From: Chrysomallon squamiferum | Lineage: Eukaryota; Animalia; Mollusca | Direction: 5' to 3' | DNA: 64,000 nt | Assembly: GCA_012295275.1 (NCBI GenBank) | Contig: CM022679.1 | Span: 3,596,001 to 3,660,000 of the forward strand | Part shown: positions 26,953 to 58,139 of the stretch, in pieces | Layout of the letters: every line of letters starts with the position of its first letter | Numbering within the stretch: the stretch's first letter is position 1 | The notes under the pieces: model-generated | Databases searched by the model: none | What the model saw: the letters and a program-made list of their open reading frames with translations, nothing else | What the model was told of the DNA's origin: nothing | Position numbers and translations under genes: made by a program

Positions 26953-28787
26953 ATGTTTTTAAATATTGTCCTATGGGGTCTGTATTATATCGTTGCAGTA
27001 GCTGCTCAAGGTAATTACAAACTATTGTTTACGTTTGAATGTGAATGACAAAAAGACTCGTAGACCTATAGAGCTAAATATGTCATTGAGACTACGTAGA
27101 TCGCTTTAAAAAATATTTCATAAAATCCCTCAAACAAAAAAAAAAAAAAAATTATAAATATATAAATAAATAAAAAAAAAAAAAAAAAAAAAAAAAAAAT
27201 AAAAAGTTTTATTAATTCATTTGCATCTTTTTTCTGGAACTTCATATAAAAATTGTCGTATGTTTGTTTGCAGTGCCAAGTATTCCATTCGACTGCGCAG
27301 GTCGTGCCAACGGAATATATCCCGATCCTAACAACTGTCAACAACACTTCATTTGTGACAATGGCCTCATTACGACGTTGAAATGTCTCAACGGGATGTT
27401 GTATAATCCCATAATTCAAAGCTGTGACTCGCCACAGAATGTGAACTGTTCGATTTCTAACAACCCTGTACCAGGACCATCAGGCAAACATAGTAAGTGT
27501 GTTTTTCATTTGATCTACTTATCATCACGGTTTTCATCATCTCCAACATCATCATCATCACCATCACCACAATATTCAGCTCAAAGATGCAATATTTGTA
27601 AAGTAAGTGATATTATTTGGAAGCTGAATTAATTTTCAAATCACAGGTAATATAAAATAATTATGATACAGATAATAACAATAATATCATCAAGATAATC
27701 ACTTAATACATATCAACACTGATGTTTGGGCCAAGAATGATGTGTTTCTCAATTTGCCTTCGAAATGTAGATAGCCAAACCATATATATCTCCATTATGA
27801 TATCTGCTATTAAATCACATCTGTCAGATTACTTGATGCTATATTCATATATATAATTTTTTATCTGTTAAGCTGAAACCTATTGCGGTGATTCTTATAC
27901 TAATTTTCTGTTACATCTGTGATTTCTTCCAGGTTTTTCTTGCGTTGGTAAACTCAGCAATTTCTACCCAAGTCCATACAGCTGTGATGAATACTACATA
28001 TGTACCACGGGTAGAGCAGTTCTGGCAAAATGTTACACCGGTCTTCTCTTCAATGCTACCCTAAAGTACTGCGATCTTCCAGCCAACGTCCACTGCCTGC
28101 CAGGACAGTACGTACCACCGATGACCACTCTACAAGTGCTTCTTCCGCCACTTGTTTCTACGCATGCGCCGACACCGGGATCCACAGCGAAACATCTGAC
28201 CCGAGGGTCGACACTTGCACCTCAGTTGCGGTCAACTACTCAGCAGGCACGTGCTACGACGAGGCGTCACCGGCTGACCAGCAGGACGACCGTGAAAGCA
28301 ACCAGCCAAACACTGACCACTCGGACAAATACACACCAGCAGACAACAAAAATAATCCCATTTATTCCACTGTCAACACAATCACAGCCTGCAAGAACAA
28401 CTGTTCCTTTATTTTTACAGCAATACAGTACGTACACATATATATATATAAAACACACCTTTATACTAATTACTAACGAAAGGTAAAGGAATTTATATAT
28501 ATATATATACTAAAAGAATTTGATTCTATGAATTCATTCATTTGTTATCGTTTGAATAACAATAACGCTTTCATTTACACTGTTTTTATTGAGACTGTGT
28601 AACTTGTTAAATTTCAGCAATCTGCAGGGGCCAACCAGACAGTCTGATCCGGGATCCTTTTGACTGCAGCAGCTATTACCGGTGCTATTTCCAGCTCGGG
28701 ATTAAGATGCAGTGTTCCTACGGAAAAGTCTTCCATGAAGCTATTCAAGCCTGCGATTACCCGCAGAACGTTCCTGGATGCCACTAA
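26953..28787 (+). CDS. Secreted chitin-binding protein, 3x CBM14 (peritrophin-A/ChtBD2) with Thr/Arg-rich mucin-like linker, no catalytic domain (313 aa)
   Basis: Exons 26953-27010 (signal peptide MFLNIVLWGLYYIVAVAAQ), 27274-27492, 27933-28427 and 28618-28787. All introns are GT-AG phase 1; total 942 nt. Three 6-Cys CBM14 patterns: CAGRANGIYPDPNNCQQHFIC..KC..GMLYNP..SCD..NVNC, FSCVGK..FYPSPYSCDEYYIC.. and ICRGQPD..DPFDCSSYYRC..CDYPQNVPGC. AATAAA at about 28800. Probable 5'UTR exon ends at 26240 (caaag|gtatgt). Confidence 0.92.
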
Positions 28788-29499
28788 ATCTATTTACAAA
28801 ATAAAAATCCATAAAGAAAATTAAATTCTGTGGGAAATTATTCACATTACAGTAGAACCTTGCTTGAATAGGATATTTGTTGAGAAAATTGTAATATTAT
28901 AATTAAATTATTGAAAATAATTAAATGATCTTAATGATATTAATATAATAATTATAAAGCCATACTGAAGAATGAAAGGATTATATAATATTTCATAAAT
29001 TGAAAGATAGAACCAGTTTAGTCCTTAGCCCAAAAATTGTGAAGGATTTCCAATAAAATTATTATTTATTTATTTATTTATTTATTTATTCATTCATTCA
29101 TTCATTTATCCATTTTCTTTCTTTCTTTTTTTTTAATTGTTATTTTCTGTTGTTACTTAACGTTTATTGTTCAATTAATTTTATTTATTCTTATTTTTTA
29201 TGCCGTTCATGTCTAATGCTGCAGTAATTTGAATTAAAAAATCCCAACAACAAAACAAATAGTCAGGACAAACAAAATTAATAAAATTAAAATGTTGTGA
29301 TTATAATACGTGATACTTCGTGTTTTTTTTTTTTTTTATAGATTGATTCATATTACATGTATTTTGTGTAGATCAGAAGAATTAATGGTGGGAAAGACGA
29401 TGAGAAATAGTATAAGAATTTGAACACAACACTGTAAAGTGATAGTGTGTAATTTATTCGTAAGCAAACAACTTGAAGCTTTTAAAATGAATAAATGAA

Positions 29500-29546
<47 letters not shown>

Positions 29547-30405
29547 ATCGACAGAAAAGGACAATCTTTCAGATTCATGAAAAGAAGACAAATGTATTTC
29601 CCTGACGACAAATAAAAAGCTTAAACGATATATTAAACGTACAAGATTAATAATTATAACAAGTAAAGCTATTATTTTGTAACACCATTGCGAGTCTTCG
29701 TTCAGAAATTGTAACAAGATAAGACCTAGATAAAATATAAATATTCAGGAATTTTTGTGAGAATGTGACAACTGGCTTCTCTCGAAAAGCTTTGATAAGT
29801 GACCAATATAAAAGTTCCTGCGTTAGTTCTGTCCCGTTTTCGAGGCTTCCAATAGCAGTCTCAGAAAGAAATGACGTTTTATTTATTTTGTCTTTCCATA
29901 CATTTACAAACTTAAACAATTATTAGGTGATTAACCGACATTTGCTTGTTTATGTAGTAGTGGTAATAACAACACGCGGGTGATACTGATAACGTAAAGT
30001 ATGACGGAGAAGGTTGAAAAATGAATAATAATAAAACTATTAAATAACTGTTTAACACTGTCTTTTAACAAGTATCAAAACCTCATCATTTTAGAAATGA
30101 ATGACAAAACCCGTGATAACAGTCCTGAACCTTTCTGTAGTAATTAGTATAAAAGTGTGTTTTTATATACTTCACTCAATGACAGGAAAAAACACACACA
30201 CATCACTGGTTGGAACTGCAAAAAATCATGCCAAGAATTAACGTACGCTTGTTGGATTTTAACTGTAGACAATTTCACGCAATTTCCAAGCTCTTCTGCG
30301 ATAAGAATAACGGTAACGATATCGCTATCTTGCCTAACCAAACCGCCCTGTAACAAATGTCAGATGTTGTCTTATCTACAATAACTTCTAAGGAAGTTGA
30401 TAGTC

Positions 30406-30466
30406 CATAAAAAGGCCACCCACTCAGCCAAGATTTATTTGTTGTTTTATTTCGGTAGGAACAAAG
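30406..30466 (+). promoter_or_regulatory. Candidate core promoter and 5'UTR exon of chitinase 1
   Basis: TATA-like CATAAAAA at 30406 with GATA motifs just upstream (GATAAG ~30300, CTTATCT ~30371, TGATAG ~30398), and donor caaag|gtatgt at 30466/30467. Confidence 0.5.
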
Positions 30467-31046
30467 GTATGTGTGTATATATATCTTGTTGGATCTTAAT
30501 GACTAGATATACGTTTTGTGTGGTTTGTGCAATACAGTAAGATTAGAGGACTGTACACAGCAGTTAATATGTTTTTTTAATTTCTTATCGTATGAAACAG
30601 AGAACGTGACAAGCAGTGTTTTTAATGGCTGTTTTCCTACACTTGTACAGTCAAAAATTAACTACAAATTTAACGCTGATATTATATAGTTAATTATAAA
30701 CTTGAAATGAATAATACTATCATAAATTAATTACAGTTTTAATGCTGAAAGAGCATGTGCATTGAACTAAGAAATTTCATGCAGACATTTTTGTGGATGT
30801 ATGTTGACAATATTTTATAAAAGTAAATATAAACTGAAATATTAATATTTCGGTAAAGTATCATTTTCGTGAAATTTAATAGAAATTAGTGCAGAATTAT
30901 AATGATTAAAACATATAATAAAAATTTGAGATATATATTATATTTTATTCACCGGTTTTGGAGACAATGCTTTTCATTGTTCATACAACTGAAAACTTTG
31001 TATTAGTTTTAATCTGAAATATATGTTTGCCAAGACAAGTTTTTTG

Positions 31047-31102
<56 letters not shown>

Positions 31103-31123
31103 GATTATTATTATTATTATTTT

Positions 31124-31154
<31 letters not shown>

Positions 31155-31288
31155 GTGTCATAATAAATTTAGGCAGTATACATATTGTCATTGTTTTTAC
31201 CTTTTTAACAGAACGAAATGTATAACTTGAAATTTACTATTCTATCTTTTCTTATTAATATATATTATAACCGCTTTTCTCTCAGGCG

Positions 31289-38623
<7,335 letters not shown>

Positions 38624-38714
38624 CAATGAAACTGTAGCATCATTCCACGAATAAAACTTTATTTTTATTATATTTTATTTCATTTTATTTTATTTTGTTT
38701 TGTTTTATTTTTTT

Positions 38715-38772
<58 letters not shown>

Positions 38773-40705
38773 TTTATTATTTTATATTATATTATATTAT
38801 ATTATATTATATTATATTATATTATATTATATTATATTATATTATATTTTATTTTATTTTATTTTATTTTATTTTATTTTATTTATATCATTTCATTTTT
38901 TCTGCTATTTATCGTTCAATTAATTGAATTTTTTTTTTTAAATTTACTATAATTATGTTTTACACAGTAATTCAAATATTCATTACTGAAGCATATAAAA
39001 CATAGTCAAAGTGATTTAGTTCATGTTTAAGCTTTCTCCGCCCATTCTGTATTGAAATTTAAGTTCTCAAACAAATACACTACACTTAACCAGGTATTTA
39101 TATCTATACAAATGTAGGTTAGCGTAAGATATATGCATTTCCCAAAGTCTGATAATAACCACCAAATTTTAGTTTCTTACTTCCGAGTCACAACCTGCGA
39201 ATATCAAGAATTTAGAAAGCAAATAATAAACCTCTAGCTAGAACGGGAAATACATTATATTATGTATCCAAGTAAAGATCTACAGTCCTTTGCAAAGTGC
39301 CTTCTACGCCGGTTGAATGTCAGTATGAAGGGTTAGGAAGTGTTTCTAAATAAATATTCGTTTCTGTGTCGTTTGTTATTTTAGTTAATCGTTACTTTGT
39401 CGCCTCACAGTCTTTGTCCACAAGGTTCAAAACGTGCAGATTTTACTGTGTAATTTGTACTTTTGAAATCAGTGCCGTCTCCAAGCTTGGGATTGGTTCA
39501 CTGTTTCATCTGGCGGTTTGTTGTTTCGTAGTTAAACACAATTACAGAATAATGACGTGTTTTCCCGGCTTGCATGCAGTGTACTGAAATGCTGGTATCA
39601 CCAAGCTTAGCTAAGTAATTATCAAACGACTCGTTTGTGTAGACAGATTGACAGATAAATCGCGGAACACTGACTTAGTCATGCAAAACAAACAGCAACA
39701 TTAAACCTTTTCAACTTCTTTTTTTATCTATTGTTACTTTTCTATTCTTGTTTTCTTTCTTCTCATCTTCGTTTCTATCGTGTAGTTTATATACATGTGT
39801 GTGTATGTATGTATGTGTGTGTCTGTAACCAGGTACGTACGTATGTACACACACACATACATACATACATATATATATATGTGTATGTGTTTGTGTGTGT
39901 GTATGTGTGTCTGTGTGTGTGTCTATGTGTATGTGTGGTATGTGTGTACTTGTATGATTGTAATACATATTGGATGTTATGTTCTGCTCAGTTATAATAA
40001 TTTCACTCATGTTTATTTTCTTTGTACATTTAACATAAAACCAGGAATTGAACTGACTCTGCTGTTTTTAATATTATTCACACTAGGCGTCGTTAAGGGC
40101 TACACGTTAGAATTAACACAGCGTGTAAAACAAACAGTCTCAGGTACATGACAGCCGCAGTTTTACCTCTAACACATTTAGTAGATAAATCTTTTTTTTA
40201 CCTGCGAAGACGATTTTTCGTTTTTTTAAATTCAAATATTCGAATTATATCTAATAAGGAAATCATATAATATCTTATTACAAGAAAATGCATAAAGTCA
40301 AATGGATGCAGATGTAGAAAAGAAGGTCAGTTTATGACATGAGAAGTGCAAAACCACTACGCCCTTAAGGTATTTTCTTTCTAACATCAAAACATGCCCT
40401 GCCTACTTAATCGCTGAGAAGTCTTTAATCTTTGAGTGCAGTCAAAGCACTACTTCCAGATACTAATACCCTATAAGAAGACAAAATACATTAGCATATG
40501 ATATTGTGAGCAAAGAGGCCAAAAACCTTGTTATGCACACCTAACACTTCTTTACTGAATCTTACACAGAACGAAAGTAAATAGGTAAATATGTTGATGC
40601 TGGTAGTACTATGGCAAAGGAATGAAGGCAATACCATAGTTAGTTTGCTTATATATATATTTATTTATTTATTTATATTTATAGATAGACAGAGATATAG
40701 ATATA

Positions 40706-40767
<62 letters not shown>

Positions 40768-42205
40768 TGGCTTGTTTTGCAATAGCCTTATTAAAATAGT
40801 TTTATACCTGTATATATTAAAAATATAAAATGAATAAAATAATGGTAAATAAAATTTGTACAAGAATTAAAATACATATATATTATACTGTTACATAATA
40901 ATAAAATATTAGTAGAAGTGTCATGAGCCGCAATAATAGTAGTAATAGTAGTAATAGTAGTAAAATATTTAATACAACATGGTAATAGTAAAATGTCTTC
41001 CATACCGACTTCAACTACAAAGTAAATATACGAAGTAATATAAATTAAATTCTGAATGAATAATATTGTTTTAAAATTAATATTAGTACAGGTGTCAGCT
41101 TTCAGTCAAACTGATGATATTCCGTTCATTTCCCTTATCAGTATTTACTTTATCAATTCGTAAAAATTAAACACTTAAAACTGAGTTCTCTCTTGCATTG
41201 CTATATCCTTTGATACGAATTAATTTCTTAATTTGTATTTGTCCAAGTCTTAATCCGACCCTCTCTTTGTTTTTCACCATTTGTCTTTTCTCTTTTTATT
41301 CGTTAATATTTTATTTCCCTACTGCTCCATCTCTATCGTTCTTTTGCTATATATCATTCCCCAAAGTCGCTAATATTGAAAATATCTATATTTGTATTAA
41401 TGCACTGAGTTAAAATTACTGTATTCGTTTAGTCATTCATTTTGCTCAGACAGTGACCACTTCAACAAATGAAAAGGTAAATCACGAGATGTGTTCTTAA
41501 TTCTAATTCGTTTTATAATCACCCTTCCGATTAAACAAACCGAATCCTTGAATCTCAAACAAAACGACGATTTCTTAAACCGTTTCATTGGGAATTCAGA
41601 GCACAAGAAAGCAAGATAGCACTGGTCTTTCTGTCAATATTTAAACACAGTGGAACAAATCAAAATATAATCACAGTTTAGTCTTTTCAAGCATGCAACT
41701 GGTGAAAACAGCTTTTGAAGAAAAAAAAAGAAACCAGTTTGAAAAAAAGGATAGGCAGGCGCAGATCAAGTGGAGGTTTTGAGAATCTCGGTAAGCCTCG
41801 CATTCATAATCTTAAAATACTGTTTTGTTTAAAAAATTGGATAATAAATAAATATATAAATATTAATATATATAAAAAACAACAAAAGAAAAACAAACAG
41901 ACATACAAACAAACACACAAACAAACAAACAAACAAACAAACAAACAAACAAACAGACAAACAAACAGACAAATAAATAAATACGCATATTTTTATTGTT
42001 GTGTCTTGCATTCTTCACCCAAAACGGTCAGTATCCTCTACTCTTCACGTCTTTCGGTTCAGCTTTGTTTGGAAAGTAGTTTTCAGGATTATGTGGTCCC
42101 ACCTGGTAAATCAGAGATCCGACCCTGACAAGGGTATGACATAACGCACCCGAGGCTTCTCTCTAACAAATGTTCTTTATTTTGCTGATCAGATTCCGTG
42201 GAGAA

Positions 42206-46632
<4,427 letters not shown>

Positions 46633-47230
46633 TGAAATTACGTTTTCTTTTCTTTCTTCAAATAGTATACATACATATTTTTCAGTTTCTTTTCTTTTCG
46701 ATTTTTTTTTTTTTGTTTTTGCATCTTTTGTTTTATTATTATTATTATTATTATTATTTTTTTATTTATTTTTATTTTTTTTTTTTTATTATTTTTTATT
46801 TATTTATTTATTTATTTATTTTTTTTTTTTATTATTATTTATTTTTTTTTTTTTATGTGTTAAATGAAGTTTTTTAAAATACTTTTTTCACAATTTTTTT
46901 CTTTCTTATTATTTTCTGAAAAAAAGTTTTAACTAAATAATTTCTTCAAAATATTGTGGGTATTCTTATTTTTCTTTTTCTTTTTTTTTTTCTTCGAAGT
47001 GTTCATTAAATGCACAGTATGTTGAAATAGAATATTTGCCTCGATCATTTGACAAATAAAATATATTTTATACTTATTGCGATAAACATTTGCTTTGTCT
47101 GTTTTTCATTCAGCTTCTTTATATGTTGTGATAAACTAAAATTGGTTAAATTTTTACGAATCTCTGTCGCTCCGTCCCTCACTTTGTCTCAGTCATTATT
47201 ATTATTATTATCATTATTATTATTAGTTAC

Positions 47231-47319
<89 letters not shown>

Positions 47320-47681
47320 TTTAGCTATTTTGATTTTTTTAAATATTTTGAGTATGTCCTCCTCAAATAAAAATTACTGCTTAACAGAAATTTTTTTATT
47401 TAATTTTATTTTTATAAATTATCAAGTCATGAAAAACCTGATTTTAAAGTGTTTGAATTTATGGTCCCACATGTGTGTGTGTGTTTATATATATATATTT
47501 TCCATAATTTATACCACTAGCGTCAGTCTGAACACTCTCTGTACATATAAATGTCCAAACATCCGCCCCTCCCAGTGACAAATGCATTAAATAATAAGTT
47601 TCTAAGCAGCGCTGATTTATAAATTACAGTTATTATCTGGATAATTTATTCAAGAAAATAATAATTTCTTTCATCTCCACA

Positions 47682-47714
<33 letters not shown>

Positions 47715-48017
47715 TTAAGGGAAAAAAAATGAAACCTTTTGATTTAGAGGCGGAACAAACTTATAATTGTTAGAGAATCAAAGAAAAATAAATAAATGGA
47801 ATACATTTATATAATATTAAAACGAAGAATAAGAATTAGTAAACAGGGAAAAAAAAAAATAATAAAAAAAAAAAAAAAATAAAAAAACGAAACAGAAAAA
47901 AGAATAGGAAATAAAATTTTATAGAAAATAATATACATTAAAAAATTAAAATTTAATTATGGAAACGAAATAATATTTATCAATTTTGTTTTGCTCCGTA
48001 TATTTATCTCAAACTGG

Positions 48018-48068
<51 letters not shown>

Positions 48069-48544
48069 GTAATAATAGTAATATAAATTAATCAATAATA
48101 ATTTCGGTGTTTTAGAAACGTTATTTATTTATTTCCTTACTTTATTAATTTTTTATTTTTTTTTACTTTTTTACTCATCTGTATAGCTAGAACTTTACAG
48201 TTAATTATGTTTTATCATGATATAAATGCATCAGTAAATATATTAATTTATATATTACTACTACTACTGCTACTCCTACCAAAACTACTACTACTACTAC
48301 TAATATACATAATAAATAATTCAGTTTTATACTGAAATTGTTGGGTTATTTCGGGATTATTTCCGTCTAAAAAATATTTGAATCAAAATGTAATAGGTAC
48401 AAATCAATCCACCTAAATAATTATTATCGTTTCATCGAATATAACACCCCATGCAATAAAAGTCTGTTTTACACGTATTAGTATAAAACCAGTATAGTAT
48501 GTGCAGAGCGTATGTCATGACCCGACCGCGTCGATATGCAGCTT

Positions 48545-48558
48545 CTGTGACGTCACAG
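48545..48558. promoter_or_regulatory. CRE/ATF palindrome in the Pc/CBX promoter
   Basis: Perfect 14-bp palindrome CTGTGACGTCACAG with a TGACGTCA core, about 90 nt upstream of the ATG, in a CpG-enriched patch. Confidence 0.6.
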
Positions 48559-48646
48559 CAGAGTATTATGGGATGTGTTGATGGCTCGGTGAAAGAATTT
48601 CATCGGGACAACAAAGACTAAAAATTGCTTTGTGTAGCACCGGGTT

Positions 48647-54059
<5,413 letters not shown>

Positions 54060-55597
54060 AGAATCAGACTGCAGCTGTCGACCTAATGTTTCTGTTTTTG
54101 TTGATCAATTTGAGTTTCTTGCTATGAATTCATTGATTCAGACATGAATTTTAATATTTTCATTCTCTATTTAAATGGAATTATTAAGTTGAGTTAAAAA
54201 GTATTTTTTTCAGTTGGTAAGTATTACAGGTTCAGTCATCTAGTTATGACTAATACAGTGAAGTGTGACTTTGATGTTGAGAACAGCGTTTCTGATTTGT
54301 GTGTCACGATACACAAAATCATGGCTTCGGAGTGAAAAGTAAACAGTTTTGATTGAAAACAAGTGTTCTTATTTAAAATCAGTTTACATGCCAAGAATAT
54401 TTTTTGTATGAAACAAAGTTTAAATGTTGAATTTTTTTTGGTAGATAATTTTATAATATATGTTGAGAATGAAACAAAAGTATTTATATTTTATTCCTTT
54501 CGATTATATGGAGGTTACTTGAATTTGAATTCACAGAACGTTCATTCTCATGGTGATTTATAAAGTGTAATCATTCAGTCATTTTCATTGGATTTTTAAA
54601 GCATTTTGTATGTTGGGAAATTAATTTCATCATATTTAAGATCAGTTGGTGATCTGAAATTGCATAATTTGCACATATTCTGTTTCATGTTAGGACATAC
54701 ATGTTTGATTTTTATTCTTAACATTTCTCTCTTTTTTTATAAATCGTATTTTATTTTGCTAGGGGAATACATTTAATTACTGACATTTCAGAAACATTAA
54801 AATTATACTTTCTATTTATTTATTTATGTTTTAAATGTCAAACATGTATTCCTAATCATTTTCCATTGTTTGAAATAGGCTTCCATAATAAAATGTGGTC
54901 ATATGATCTTCATTTCTTAATACAGTGTTTTGTGTATTTTATTTCTATCTTCATTTAACATGTCTGTAAATATACTAACAAGACTGAGTACATGCGAGGC
55001 AAAAATCTTTTAAAATGCATCATTATTACATATAATCTTAAACATCAGTATTTGATAATTAAGAAATACAGTGCTTAAAAATAAGAAGGTGAATTATGTA
55101 AATATTTAAAACAATCTTTTGAAAATGAATAATGATTGGTCTAAACTTTAAACCTTAATGTTTGTAAATCTTCTAATACTATTGTGTGTATGTTCAAAAT
55201 TTCAGAACATGGGTTGTTTATTCAAAGTAGATTAGAGATAATAATAATAATAATAATAATAATAAAAGTAAAAAATAAAATGAATTCAAAAAATAAAAAT
55301 TCAAAAAAATATAAAATATAACACACGTACAGATATGTATCCAATATGGAAGTCTGCATCATAAAGTCAGTGGTTTTACGAGCCTGAATACAGAATTCAA
55401 TGACAGTTTTTGCATAATTTTAATTTTAATTTACTTTTCAATTTTTCATTTTGCTATTTTATATATATATATATTTATTATTAATATTAATATTTTTTAA
55501 AATATTGGACATACAAAGAAAAACATTTAATCTTGATCAAATTGTACGTGCGTTGAAAACGCTTTACAAAAATAGATACAGAAGTATGTTTGAAACG

Positions 55598-55632
<35 letters not shown>

Positions 55633-56236
55633 CAGTTTTATTATTATTTTTATGTCTAGAATATTAACTACAAAATATTTCTTACTGTCAAGAAGGAAAA
55701 AAAAAACTACATTTCATCAGATGTGAAAGTAAAACAAACATTAAAATTTTGTTCGTTGATCATATCTACAGGAGAGTCGTTGCTATATTGCTGTTTTTCC
55801 TCAGTATTTTTTGCATTAAATGAAAAATGAAAGATAAGCAAAAAAAAAAAAAAAAAAAAAAAAGTAAAAAAATGAAACGTTATTGCTTTATTTTGTTATT
55901 TTCTGTAATATTTAATAATGCTTATGGATTCGGTTTGTCTGGTTTTGAAATTGCTTTTGTATTTTATTTTTCTTAACTCATTTTTCTTTCTAAATTGCTT
56001 CAGCAAGACCACGTGTAATTGATTTTTTATCTAACTCATTTTCTCTCCATTTTTTTTAAAGCATTATAATTGTTTTTGCACCACAAATGGAGGCGTATAA
56101 AATCAACGCTGAAAAAAAAAAAGAGTTATTTCTATCTCAAACACTTGAGTTAGATATGTTATATTTTTACTAAGTTTTGTTTTCTAAGCTATTCTAAGAT
56201 TCTGCGAAGATGTCGAAAAGACCTCGAGTATCCCCC

Positions 56237-56485
<249 letters not shown>

Positions 56486-56736
56486 GCTTAAGTATTCTTG
56501 TATGAAACAATTTTTCATTATCTTCATATGCAAGTATATTTCAAAAGCAAATAGAAACTATCTTTCATAATTTTCTTTGTCTTTGCTTTTGAATCCAAAA
56601 TTCCAGTACCATAATAGAACCTGGTTGTTATACACCCATAAAACTAAATCACAGTGACTTTTTTCATTGATATGTGTGTATATATATATATATGTATATA
56701 TGGGTGTACATGTATATAGACAGACAGACAGACAAA

Positions 56737-57198
56737 CTGTTGATCCCCTCTTTCACGGGTCTCGGATTTCCGGATTTAGGGAAATTTGAACTTAACACCA
56801 TTTCCCACTTGACACCTGACCACTAGGTACATTAAGTTATTCTGCATCATTGTACAATCACGGCAACCCACTTTCACTCCACTTTCAAACAACATCAATT
56901 TTATAAATGTACCCATGACCATCCTAACCTAACAAACTTCACACATACGAGCCTACATCTTTCTACTGTATAGTTTTGTTTACGTATATTATATTACGTC
57001 TGTTCACATTTACTATATTACGTCTGTTTACATTGTTTTTATGTCTGTATATTATCCTCACATTCTTACGTTGCTGTGTTATATAGCTGTTATGTGTTCT
57101 AAAGTTCAATGTTTCTTTATATTTCAGGGTTAATGTTTACATTTGCTGTTTCCGCACCCGTGTTCCCCCTATTAATCCGTGAACTCAGGGGTCAGCAG
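56737..57198. mobile_element. Non-autonomous TIR element (MITE-like), copy B
   Basis: Imperfect terminal inverted repeats: left CTGTTGATCCCCTCTTTCACGG versus reverse complement of the right end CTGCTGACCCCTGAGTTCACGG. Internal short tandem repeats ATATTACGTCTGTT(T)ACAT at about 56990-57040. Homologous to 3243-3567. Confidence 0.7.
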
Positions 57199-57233
57199 TA
57201 GACATATATAGATATACACACACACGCGCGCTT

Positions 57234-57265
<32 letters not shown>

Positions 57266-57382
57266 TCAGACTTTTCAGTAGTTTGCTTTTTTTTTCTTCA
57301 AAACTGTTTCATTTTTCGGCATGAAAATATTCTTCTTCTTTTTCTTCCTTTTCTTCTTCTTCTTCTTCTTCTTCTTCTTCTT

Positions 57383-57456
<74 letters not shown>

Positions 57457-57806
57457 TGACAGAAAATTGCTTCGGGCACTAAGTATGAATTATTCTGCGA
57501 TCCACCACGTTTAACCTGAGGGATCAGTGTGTGTTTCAGATCACTCCCCTGTGCATTATATAGATGAGTACTTACTTCAAGTTTCTCTATTAGGCGAGTT
57601 ATTGTTAATTTCTGACCAGCCTCTGTGCTGCTATTGCAAATCACTTATAACTCGTATGGAATGATCGCTAATAAATAACGAATTACTTTAAACACTGGCT
57701 AAACTGATAATCGTGCACAAATAAACATCAATATGTTCACCAGTATACTGAAGATAATTGTTTTTTTCCACATTTTCATAATACATTTGTTTAATTATAA
57801 ATGATT

Positions 57807-57846
<40 letters not shown>

Positions 57847-58084
57847 GTCGTTGCTAAAACGTACTAGTAGAAGAAAGGATATTTTCAGTAAACTTTAAGC
57901 AGTTTTTAAATTTGTATTTGTTTTTAAAACATAACTGAGAAATTGTTAACAAACGGTCAGATATATTTAATTTCCATCTAAGATGAACGTTTTGCGGACA
58001 TACGTAAATGTTTTTACAAAGCAACAGAACTTCATCTTTTGGTTTGTGTTAATAATGTAAACATTTACGAGCTATTTCTGATGC

Positions 58085-58139
<55 letters not shown>

